A stretch of 64,000 nucleotides of DNA from a virus (lineage: Duplodnaviria; Caudoviricetes), in the IMG/VR virus record IMGVR_UViG_3300037067_015211, positions 64,001 to 128,000 of that record; one strand, given 5' to 3'. The notes under the pieces were generated by a model. The model worked only from the letters and a program-made list of their open reading frames with translations, had not been told where the DNA came from and made no database searches. Both the position numbers and the translations under genes were made by a program. Numbering within the stretch: the stretch's first letter is position 1; every line of letters starts with the position of its first letter. Positions 55,879-64,000 of the stretch are shown one piece after another.

Positions 55879-58080
55879 TTATAAACTCCTGCAAAGATCA
55901 AGCACTTGTTGAGTAAAATTATCGATGTGGTATTTATTTATTAGCTCTTTTCTCATCTCCGTACAATCAAAAAACACGCCTCCAGTAAACCAATTTAGCA
56001 ATTCATTGATGTCATCGTAAAACTCAATACCTATTTCATTGCCCATTTCTTCTTTTATTACCTTTACATCATCAAAAAACGGGCTGTCATTTCTAAGAAA
56101 GATGGGCGGCTTTTTAGTATTTAAAAGTGTGCGTAAAGCCGCAGATGCACCCATACCACCATAATTATAATAATTCAAAACAATGGCACTTGCCTTTCTA
56201 AGAGTTGCAATAACTTTTTCTTCCGGAGTATGTTCTTTAATCCAAGTAACATTATTTTGCAAATCGCAAGACACTATCAACTGTTCAATCTGCTCCTTAT
56301 ACTTTGCATTATCTCTCTCAGTCGTCGTACAGGCCATAAGCAGATGTGTCGGCAAACCCATTGAATTTAGTTTCTTAGTCAAAATAATTAATTCGTTCAA
56401 CCCCTTGTGAAAAAAGGTAAAACCAAACGTGCCGATTACAAATTTATAGTCATTAGGAATTTCTTCTGCAATACACTCTTGCGGATTATATTCTAATTCA
56501 CGACATGGATAATGCATGAACTTTACCTTCTTGCCATCATGCCCAAGTCGTTTAAACTCATCCACAACTTTAGGATTATGCGTTATAATGGCATCTGAAT
56601 ATTCATAGATGAGGTCGTTCATCAAAAAGCAATCACGCACAAATGTATGCATTATGTTTATAATCTTAATATTTCTTGCCTTTAACCCCTTAAAAAATAT
56701 TTTCAACCTCTCGCTATGATAAAAGAAATCATATTGCATCTGATTAATAACATATTTAACGTCGTATCGTTCAGCCACCTTTAAAAGAGAAAATGGTGGG
56801 CCTCCAACAGACACCAAGTTAGCACCATTTTTCATCAATGACTGCGCCATATGCGTATTATAGTCGGCTATTCCACAAACTTGTCTGGCCGAATTACAAT
56901 ACAGCATTATATTTTCTTTATCTGTTTTGGGAGAATAAATAACCGGCTTTTTTATGTCCAATGCATCTATCAATTTATCCGTCGTAACTGTTACATTAAA
57001 ATTCTTTACCACATAATCTGATACCTTTGGCTTCAATTCATCAATCTTAGTCAAGACATCAGCAACTTGGCTTTCATCAGGAGAATACCAAACTGAATTG
57101 CGGTAAATACGAGCCGTAGGCCCAGTAACCCCAATATCCTTTATCAAATTACAATCTATAAGGTGAGCATTGTCATCATTCAAATATTGAACATATGATG
57201 TAGACCGGGGGGCAATGATTTGCTTGTTCATACACGCCATCTTAGCACACGTAATATCCCAGCCTTCCCCATACGATGTTGTGAGATAGTGGGTAAAATT
57301 AGCCAAATAAAATTGTAGATCGCCCTCTGCCCAAAACTGTGTATAAATACAAACATTGGGAGAAATGCCATATTCCTTTTTTAGTTTCTTGTACTCATCC
57401 ATAAACCCTTCAAACTTATTGCCGCTATTGCTATTCACCTTCAAAAACAAACATGTCTCGTTACGAGTCTTTTCGCTCCAATTCATCCACGCCTTGAAGT
57501 AAGAGCGTATCGCGCACCAAATATTTTTTCTCGTTATCAATTCCTGAAGAATAAGAATCCTGTTCCTATAAATAGTCCGTATATCCGCCAGTTGCCCATT
57601 TTTTCTCGCAAACAACGGCTTACACGGTATCTCTGGATTAAACAATTTTGTATTCGTTCCAATAGGAACAATATCAATAAAATTACCGCCTATTCCAGAA
57701 TCCATCCAAACTTTTTTGCAGTGTTCGGAAGGCACAAGCGTCAGGTCCATATTGTCTGAAGCGGTAAGCCACTCCGCTGGCAGAATGCCACCACATTCAA
57801 TCATGGTGTAATTTATATTTCTTGTATTCGTATGTAAGTTTTGTTCCACTTGTTCGGGGAGGCAAAAATTCAAACTACAAATTGGTTTGAATGTGCTGTT
57901 TTTAATAGCACTTTCAAATATTTTGTCCCTTAATTTCGGTGTCCCCGCCCAATGCTCAAAATTCTTTAGTGCAATATTCCAACCCTTAATGAAAAGCCCA
58001 TAACAAAAATTTCTTACCACTTCGGAATATCCCGTAAGCGTATCGTAAGGCCCGTAGATTTCAATCTCTTTCCAATGCAT
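55879..58080 (-). CDS. Two-domain GT-B (GT4-like) glycosyltransferase
   Basis: TGYS...VPS...RKN...GEGWD; second unit CGIADY...FGF...KG. Confidence 0.82.
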   Translation of the reverse strand: MHWKEIEIYGPYDTLTGYSEVVRNFCYGLFIKGWNIALKNFEHWAGTPKLRDKIFESAIKNSTFKPICSLNFCLPEQVEQNLHTNTRNINYTMIECGGILPAEWLTASDNMDLTLVPSEHCKKVWMDSGIGGNFIDIVPIGTNTKLFNPEIPCKPLFARKNGQLADIRTIYRNRILILQELITRKNIWCAIRSYFKAWMNWSEKTRNETCLFLKVNSNSGNKFEGFMDEYKKLKKEYGISPNVCIYTQFWAEGDLQFYLANFTHYLTTSYGEGWDITCAKMACMNKQIIAPRSTSYVQYLNDDNAHLIDCNLIKDIGVTGPTARIYRNSVWYSPDESQVADVLTKIDELKPKVSDYVVKNFNVTVTTDKLIDALDIKKPVIYSPKTDKENIMLYCNSARQVCGIADYNTHMAQSLMKNGANLVSVGGPPFSLLKVAERYDVKYVINQMQYDFFYHSERLKIFFKGLKARNIKIINIMHTFVRDCFLMNDLIYEYSDAIITHNPKVVDEFKRLGHDGKKVKFMHYPCRELEYNPQECIAEEIPNDYKFVIGTFGFTFFHKGLNELIILTKKLNSMGLPTHLLMACTTTERDNAKYKEQIEQLIVSCDLQNNVTWIKEHTPEEKVIATLRKASAIVLNYYNYGGMGASAALRTLLNTKKPPIFLRNDSPFFDDVKVIKEEMGNEIGIEFYDDINELLNWFTGGVFFDCTEMRKELINKYHIDNFTQQVLDLCRSL

Positions 58081-58095
58081 TTAACCTCTCCCAAA

Positions 58096-59349
58096 TTAAA
58101 TTGATGAGAAACAACAAATATTTGCATTTTTTATTTCATGGGCCGAAAACAATCCCCTTTGCATTGCCATAGCAGCATTATCCCATGTGTATTTTTGTGC
58201 TACTTGCAAACCATTTGCCTTTAATTCAGGCAAATACTCTTTGCCCGTCGCCTTACAAAGTTTCCACTCTTGATAAAGGTTTTCAAGTTTTTCGGTAATT
58301 TCTTGCGCACTAGGAAATGCATGATAACAATAATTTAGCACCCTATCGTAACTATTGTTAGTTAGCATAATAGAGTTATTGTCGTTACAAAAATCTGTTT
58401 GGCTACTCCAATTAGTTACAATGGGAGTACACTCGGTTGCGAGTGCTTCCAAACATGTAAGAGCAAATCCGTCACCATGAGTTGGATAAAGCAAGTGGTC
58501 TGCACAATGGTAAAAGGCAACTAAGTCTTCGTCGCTGAATACAATATTAAAGCACATAATTGACGGATGCTCAAACAATTCGAGTGGCATGGCATGAGTC
58601 GGAGACTTCTTGTCGCCAACTGTATGCATTATCATAATAAATCGGGCATCATTCTTGCCCTTGGCGAATTCTATCCATCCGTCTCTCGCCGCACTAACTC
58701 CTTTTCTCGTTTGATTGTGCCCAACATAGAGACAAATAAATTTGTTGTCCACGTCAATTCGAACCGGTGATTTTTCTGTTCGTTGTGTAATTAATGTTTT
58801 AATTTCTTCTCTTTTGCCAGTAGGGGGGACAAAATTTTCAGAAATGCCGTAGGGAACAACTTCAACCGTATAGCCGGGGTTATAGTTTAAAAACACATCT
58901 TTTGCCCAAATAGATGGCGTAAAGATAATATCACAGGTTTCCAAAACAGAACGCCATGCCTCATGGACTGGTTTTGTATCGAGGGTAAAATATCCTGCAT
59001 TCAAAATATGCGGGTATGCCGCCTTTAGCTTAGGCATAAAATCAAACAAAAAGCAATCATGCGAATATACAATAATGTCAGGCCGAATTGTTTCAATAAA
59101 ATTTTTAATACATTCTTCATCATTTCTGACGGCATTGTAGTGTTTAATGCCATCCCATTCATCTACAGTGCCTTTTTTACTATCTTCGTAGAAACCTATA
59201 ATATGCATATCAAATACTTTTTCTACACTTCCGTCATCTTTTCTAGCCGCCATATTATTAAATCGCCGACACATTTCCCGAGTAACCCTAGACTGACCCA
59301 CAAAATGAAGCTTTGGACTATCGGATATCCACGCCAATTTCAATGTCAT
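58096..59349 (-). CDS. GT4-family glycosyltransferase
   Basis: SDSP, TPS, VPYGI, NQTRKG, GDGFAL..LEALA, YTWD. Confidence 0.87.
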   Translation of the reverse strand: MTLKLAWISDSPKLHFVGQSRVTREMCRRFNNMAARKDDGSVEKVFDMHIIGFYEDSKKGTVDEWDGIKHYNAVRNDEECIKNFIETIRPDIIVYSHDCFLFDFMPKLKAAYPHILNAGYFTLDTKPVHEAWRSVLETCDIIFTPSIWAKDVFLNYNPGYTVEVVPYGISENFVPPTGKREEIKTLITQRTEKSPVRIDVDNKFICLYVGHNQTRKGVSAARDGWIEFAKGKNDARFIMIMHTVGDKKSPTHAMPLELFEHPSIMCFNIVFSDEDLVAFYHCADHLLYPTHGDGFALTCLEALATECTPIVTNWSSQTDFCNDNNSIMLTNNSYDRVLNYCYHAFPSAQEITEKLENLYQEWKLCKATGKEYLPELKANGLQVAQKYTWDNAAMAMQRGLFSAHEIKNANICCFSSI

Positions 59350-59741
59350 TTTTTTACCGTCCTTAATGTTTGATAATTCTTCAAAAAATATTTAATCATA
59401 TTGAATAGTCTTAATGCGGCCTTCTGAGCAGATTTTTCTTCTATTGCCGTTCCCTTTACGTGACTATTTTGATATTCCTTGTTATATTTTCTAAATATAA
59501 TCCAAAAGCCATTCTTTTTTGCCTCATCGTATGAAAGATATGGACACAAAATACGCATCCAATCAAACACATACTCTACAATGAATGATCCGACACGAAT
59601 AGCATAAATATTTCTAGCCGTGTAATATCGTATACTACCGTTTTGTTTCTTGCCCTTTATCATTATGAACTCTTCCCCCAAAATTCTAGGGTAAGTTCCA
59701 AAGGGAGATTTGTATCTAATTTCTTTAGTGATTTCTAACAT
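59346..59741 (-). CDS. Hypothetical protein
   Basis: Packed in the run. Confidence 0.55.
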   Translation of the reverse strand: MLEITKEIRYKSPFGTYPRILGEEFIMIKGKKQNGSIRYYTARNIYAIRVGSFIVEYVFDWMRILCPYLSYDEAKKNGFWIIFRKYNKEYQNSHVKGTAIEEKSAQKAALRLFNMIKYFLKNYQTLRTVKK

Positions 59742-60297
59742 AGTTGTAAAACTCTTTTTCTTCTTTTAAGATTGCCTTTACGACTTCCAAATCTTTTGCA
59801 GTCATTTTTATTTTAACATCTTTGTCGTAGTTGTAAACATATTTCGCCATTTGTGCCATTGCAAATGCATCTGCCACGTTGTTATCATTGGAATCAAACC
59901 CCCACTTTTTGTACACTTCTTTAAGGATGATTGCCTTCTCCCCGCTCTTTCCGCTCCCCGTAGCCAACTTTTTGATCTGGGATGGTACGGCGGTAAAAAA
60001 GGGAATATTATTGGAATAAAAATTTCTTCGTATCGAAAACCCCAGTTCAATCAGACTGATTGATGTTTTGGCATTCTTCCCAAAGTGATAGTCTTCGATA
60101 CATGCAAGTGTGATTTGGGGCAGGCCGATTTCATTTAGAATGTGCGTAATGCGCTCAAACTTATTGCTGAAATGGGCCGGATCAGTCTTGATGGCCCTCT
60201 GGATGAGCACATTATCGTCTTGGTCGATAATCACCATACCCGTATCCGTATAGCTAGGATCTAAGCCCAAGAATTTATGTGTTTCTTTTTTAAACAA
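59725..60297 (-). CDS. RuvC-like Holliday junction resolvase
   Basis: LGLDPS..TG, CIED, PSQIKK.ATG.G...K, NVADA. Confidence 0.88.
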   Translation of the reverse strand: MFKKETHKFLGLDPSYTDTGMVIIDQDDNVLIQRAIKTDPAHFSNKFERITHILNEIGLPQITLACIEDYHFGKNAKTSISLIELGFSIRRNFYSNNIPFFTAVPSQIKKLATGSGKSGEKAIILKEVYKKWGFDSNDNNVADAFAMAQMAKYVYNYDKDVKIKMTAKDLEVVKAILKEEKEFYNYVRNH

Positions 60298-60379
60298 ATT
60301 TGTTCCACCACAATATATAGTGTTATTATGCCATCTATGCCCCTACCTGTCAACAAAAAATATTATTTTTTTTTCTCAC

Positions 60380-60407
60380 TTGACTTGGGGTGAAATATGC
60401 ATATAGT
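60380..60407 (+). promoter_or_regulatory. Promoter TTGACT-N16-TATAGT
   Basis: Upstream of SD GGAGG and ATG 60440; a divergent TTGACA-N17-CATAAT lies at ~60325-60353. Confidence 0.6.
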
Positions 60408-60439
60408 TTTAATGTAATAGGAAAGTATGGAGGTTTTAA

Positions 60440-60670
60440 ATGAAAAAAGAATTAACTGACGATGAAATTAAAGAAAAGGCAACCAAATATGTTGTTCAAA
60501 TGTATCGTGCCTTGTCCAGAATTCACGATGCCCTTAATAGCGAAACGGCAGAATACACCACATATGAAAGACCGATTGAACAAGAAACGAGATCAGCGGT
60601 CAAACAAATTGAACGAGAATATGACGGAAACTTTTGGACGCTAGGGGGACAAAATGTTTGTAACGAGTAA
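60440..60670 (+). CDS. Hypothetical protein
   Basis: SD GGAGG. Confidence 0.7.
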   Translation: MKKELTDDEIKEKATKYVVQMYRALSRIHDALNSETAEYTTYERPIEQETRSAVKQIEREYDGNFWTLGGQNVCNE

Positions 60671-61067
60671 AGAAGAAATTATTGACAATCTTTTTGTTCT
60701 GTATGGCAAGGCCATCATAGATGCATTTAATTTGCCGGAAGACCAAATTTTTGTTGCCGCAGATGCAATTGAAATCGTTGGGGTAGAACCAATTTTCCAA
60801 TTTATTTTTGACAGAACAAAAAAAGAATATGAAGAAGCACAAAATTATATTTACAAGGCAAATAAAATAGAAGGTCTTGACAGGCTTTCTGTGGCTAAAA
60901 AGAAGTTGCAATTACGCCAAGGGCAATTACTTACTGAACTATATTGGCCGCGCCTTATGGCCTGTTATCGTATAATGCATAATGACAATGGCATAAATTA
61001 CAATCTTGTTGAAGAGGCAAATAAAGACATTAGACTTTCGGGCGCAAAACTTGGCAATATTGAATAG
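60654..61067 (+). CDS. Hypothetical protein
   Basis: SD-like GGGG; overlapping pair. Confidence 0.65.
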   Translation: MFVTSKEEIIDNLFVLYGKAIIDAFNLPEDQIFVAADAIEIVGVEPIFQFIFDRTKKEYEEAQNYIYKANKIEGLDRLSVAKKKLQLRQGQLLTELYWPRLMACYRIMHNDNGINYNLVEEANKDIRLSGAKLGNIE

Positions 61068-61119
61068 ATAATATAAAGGTCAAACCCTATTATTATTAAA
61101 AGATTTTAAAGGGTTTGCC

Positions 61120-62061
61120 ATGCTTTCTACGCTGAAAAAAAGAAAAATTGATGCCGCTTATCTAAAAATTATAACCGCAACAAAAAAAATCCTTTCGGTT
61201 AAAAGAATTATCCTAGCATGGCATACGGGCACTGGTGAAAAAACCAGAGCAGAACTAGAACAGGTTGCAAAACTCATCGAGAGTCTGTATGATGAGGAAG
61301 TGCAGAAGGTTTTATTTGACCGTGACAAAGTGACAGATCCCGAAGAAAAAGAATATCTCCAAATGAGATACAATGATTTGATTAGTCAATATGGCGTTTG
61401 GGGCGAGATGTACAAAATTGTTTCTGCTCTAGGCTCAAAAGGAATGACACTCCCGCAGATTAAAGACAACATTGATGCATGGCTGACCATTGGCCTTACA
61501 CACGACTACGGCAATACGCCTTTAGCTACAATGCTAGGCACAAAACCCCCGCAAGATTTACCCTTACAACAAAAGGGGACGGGCGGGAAAACAAAGGACG
61601 AACGAGATGTGGCCTTTAGAAAACATCAAAAAGAACTGGAAAACATACAAAGAATCAAACGAGAAAAAGGCGTTACTGGTATTCTCCTGTCCATAAACCC
61701 CAAAACCCCAAGAAGAAAAGCAGTTGACCTGAATACCATAGATAGTCAATTACAAGCTTATACTGAAGGGGTAAACGATATCGTTAGATTTTATACCGAT
61801 ATATTCAAACAATTTGAAGACAAACGCGCCGCCGCACTAGCTACGCCCGACACAGCCGAAGTGTTTAAACCTAAATATATCAAAACATTTAGGGGAGATG
61901 TAGTGCCTGAAATGAACTGGGACGCCATGAGCAATGAGCAAAAACAGTTTGAAATCAACCAAAAATACAACAATGATTATGAAAATCTCGTGGAGCACAT
62001 GCAACAAGAATTAACCAATGAAGTTGAAACATTGGGCAATTTAATATCTCGGACGAAGTAG
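61120..62061 (+). CDS. Hypothetical helical protein with a basic N-terminal leader
   Basis: 313-aa ORF; MLSTLKKRKIDA...KKILSVKRIILA. Confidence 0.7.
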   Translation: MLSTLKKRKIDAAYLKIITATKKILSVKRIILAWHTGTGEKTRAELEQVAKLIESLYDEEVQKVLFDRDKVTDPEEKEYLQMRYNDLISQYGVWGEMYKIVSALGSKGMTLPQIKDNIDAWLTIGLTHDYGNTPLATMLGTKPPQDLPLQQKGTGGKTKDERDVAFRKHQKELENIQRIKREKGVTGILLSINPKTPRRKAVDLNTIDSQLQAYTEGVNDIVRFYTDIFKQFEDKRAAALATPDTAEVFKPKYIKTFRGDVVPEMNWDAMSNEQKQFEINQKYNNDYENLVEHMQQELTNEVETLGNLISRTK

Positions 62062-62206
62062 AGAAACAATAAACTTAACAAACATCATTGCACCTATAAG
62101 CACAATGGCATAACATCCCCATATTGTGAGCATGGTATACCCGTACAACTTTTCCAATATCCGCAATGCATTTTCTCCCGCTTCTCCACAATAATAGCAA
62201 TTTTAT

Positions 62207-64000
62207 TTATAATTCTCTAATAACAGAATAATCTTCATGCCGCACAATCTTGATTTCGTTAGAGCCAATGTTCTTCAAATCATCTGTATGCGATATCATA
62301 AATATCTGACTAAAGCCCATTTCCTTCTGCAAAAAATTCATGATGAGCGATATAACAAGATTTCTGTTCACACTATCTAGTTGGCCAAATATCTCATCGA
62401 GTATCAAAAATTCACATCCACTTCCCAAATTTCTTCTCAACATTCTGGCTATGGCGATACGGAAACAAATCGCTATCAATGCCTTTCCACCGCCACTATC
62501 GGCATCAAAATCCTCTACGATACCAGCGGTATGTATTTTAATCGCCAGTTCATCCTTAGTGGCCCTCTGCCTCTTCTCCCCGCACACCTTACATACATGT
62601 GTTTTGGTACCCTTGTCAAATGGAGTATCACACACCAAGCACTTGTCTTCCCACTTTTGCAATTCTTTAAGGCACGAAAACTCGATATAACTGTTTAGAT
62701 TCAGCTTATCCGCCAAATAATTGATCTCGTTTTCAATATCCTTGAATGAATTTTCCATCTGATACGATACAATTCCGTTAGGGGAAAACATGTATCGTAA
62801 ATATCTCCATCTATCCAGCGATAACGTACATTCCGATTCCTGCTTTTCCAATACCATCAACAAACTTAATGTCTCTTCGTTTTTCTTCAAATTGTTTGCA
62901 ATTACCGCCAGTTCTCCGCCTACCCTTCGAAGTTCCGAGTTAGCATCCTCTATTGACCGCTCGTCTTCGGCAATCAATTTCATATATTTCTGGTGTTCAC
63001 TATCGTCAAATTCAGCTATTTTCTGACTAAATTCCTTTATTTTGCCCTCTGTTTCTTCCCTTTCTTCCACTATCTCTCTGACTTCAGCATTAACTGCCTC
63101 CAATTGGCCCAGAGAAGCCTCTGCTGACGCGATTTCCCGCTCATCCCCATTTATACTGGTAACCAATTCATCTCTCGCCTTACAGCCCCTCTTCAAGTCC
63201 TGTAGGTTTATAGATTCCTTATCAAATTCTTGCTTTAATTTATCAAGTTCTTCCTTCTTTTTCTTGCCAGATGCAATAATTTCCTGTGATTTCTTCTCTT
63301 TGTCTACCTTATCGCACTGTTCATTGGTGAATGGACATGTCCCGCCAAACTTTTTGACATTATTAAGGTCTTCTCTAAGCCTAGCAATCTCATTATCAAG
63401 CACAGCAATTTGTTTATTTAGCTCTTCCCTCTTAACTTCTACCTTTTCCACCAAATCAGATACATCTGGCATACCATTTAGGGTTTTTTTCTTCTGCTCG
63501 ATAGTCTTAACCATAGCATCGTATCGTTCTTTTAGCTTCCAGAGATGCTCTTGTTTAGTGGTAGCCGTCCGCCTACGTGTATCCAACTTAATGGAAGAAG
63601 TTTTTGCCTCATCTAATTTTTCTTTTAGTGTATCCACTTTAGGCAAATTATTGTAAGCGGTTTCATTTCTCTTTTTTCTCTCCGTACAATTAGCCAATGC
63701 ACCATTTATGTTTTTAATGGCCATTTTGCATTGTTTTTCTTTTTCCTTCAGTTCTTCCACATCATACAAATTATTGTTGTTGCTCTCTATTTTTGTAGCA
63801 AGAGAAGCCGCTTGTATTTCCAATGCCTTTACTTTTTCCTTGCAAATAGCTTCATATTGTTTGTACTGGGCTTTCTCTATCCAACGAGCGATATATTCTT
63901 TCTTTTTGGATTGTGTGGCGTCAAGGAAACCAAAAATATCACCCTGCTGGAAATGGCAAGTGTTTAGATAATCATCTGAGCAAAGGCCCAGTTGTTCATT
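62207..64000 (-). CDS. SbcC/Rad50/gp46-like recombination ATPase (5' part outside the window)
   Basis: Frame stays open to 64000 (Q-loop HFQQG); long coiled coil, hook-like CPFTNEQC, signature SGGG, Walker B FLILDE, ISH. Confidence 0.9.
   Translation of the reverse strand, partial: NEQLGLCSDDYLNTCHFQQGDIFGFLDATQSKKKEYIARWIEKAQYKQYEAICKEKVKALEIQAASLATKIESNNNNLYDVEELKEKEKQCKMAIKNINGALANCTERKKRNETAYNNLPKVDTLKEKLDEAKTSSIKLDTRRRTATTKQEHLWKLKERYDAMVKTIEQKKKTLNGMPDVSDLVEKVEVKREELNKQIAVLDNEIARLREDLNNVKKFGGTCPFTNEQCDKVDKEKKSQEIIASGKKKKEELDKLKQEFDKESINLQDLKRGCKARDELVTSINGDEREIASAEASLGQLEAVNAEVREIVEEREETEGKIKEFSQKIAEFDDSEHQKYMKLIAEDERSIEDANSELRRVGGELAVIANNLKKNEETLSLLMVLEKQESECTLSLDRWRYLRYMFSPNGIVSYQMENSFKDIENEINYLADKLNLNSYIEFSCLKELQKWEDKCLVCDTPFDKGTKTHVCKVCGEKRQRATKDELAIKIHTAGIVEDFDADSGGGKALIAICFRIAIARMLRRNLGSGCEFLILDEIFGQLDSVNRNLVISLIMNFLQKEMGFSQIFMISHTDDLKNIGSNEIKIVRHEDYSVIREL

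Noticed and set aside
314-63971. Many short antisense ORFs in the track (e.g. 314-691, 1500-1982, 23754-24203, 63042-63656)
   Set aside because: They are shadows of well-supported genes on the other strand and have no motifs or SD sites.
1-64000. Eukaryotic giant virus or archaeal virus, suggested by the C2H2, AT-hook and Ski2 genes
   Set aside because: Bacterial SD sites, TTGACA/TATAAT promoters, intrinsic terminators, a sigma factor and terL point to a bacteriophage.

Overview
This window is best read as part of a large (probably jumbo) dsDNA bacteriophage genome. It carries a terminase large subunit, a Ski2-like helicase, an SbcC/gp46-like ATPase, a RuvC-like resolvase, dNMP kinase, dCMP deaminase and a sigma-like factor. 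It also has 7 tRNAs, bacterial SD sites and TTGACA-type promoters, and most genes lie on the minus strand. The most striking unexplained pattern is a ~10-aa motif, (M/L/I)-I-Y/F-x-T/N-W-x-K/R...K/R-x-A. It starts about 10 unrelated proteins and recurs at domain junctions inside multidomain proteins. Those proteins are built from modules that have been duplicated and shuffled, including PcfJ/GNAT-like Cys modules and a 28-aa helical repeat. I interpret this as a candidate capsid-targeting and proteolytic-maturation tag for virion-delivered polyproteins. Other notable items are an 8-finger C2H2 zinc-finger protein, an HMGA-like AT-hook protein, and an IsrB (OMEGA) element inserted at the start codon of dCMP deaminase. 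There are also tRNAs with compensated non-canonical elbow pairs, an unassigned structured RNA heading the tRNA operon, and a plus-strand FkbH-ACP-dehydratase/reductase-aminotransferase island (ACP broken by TAG) next to 8 glycosyltransferases. All family assignments come from motif recognition by eye, without database searches.
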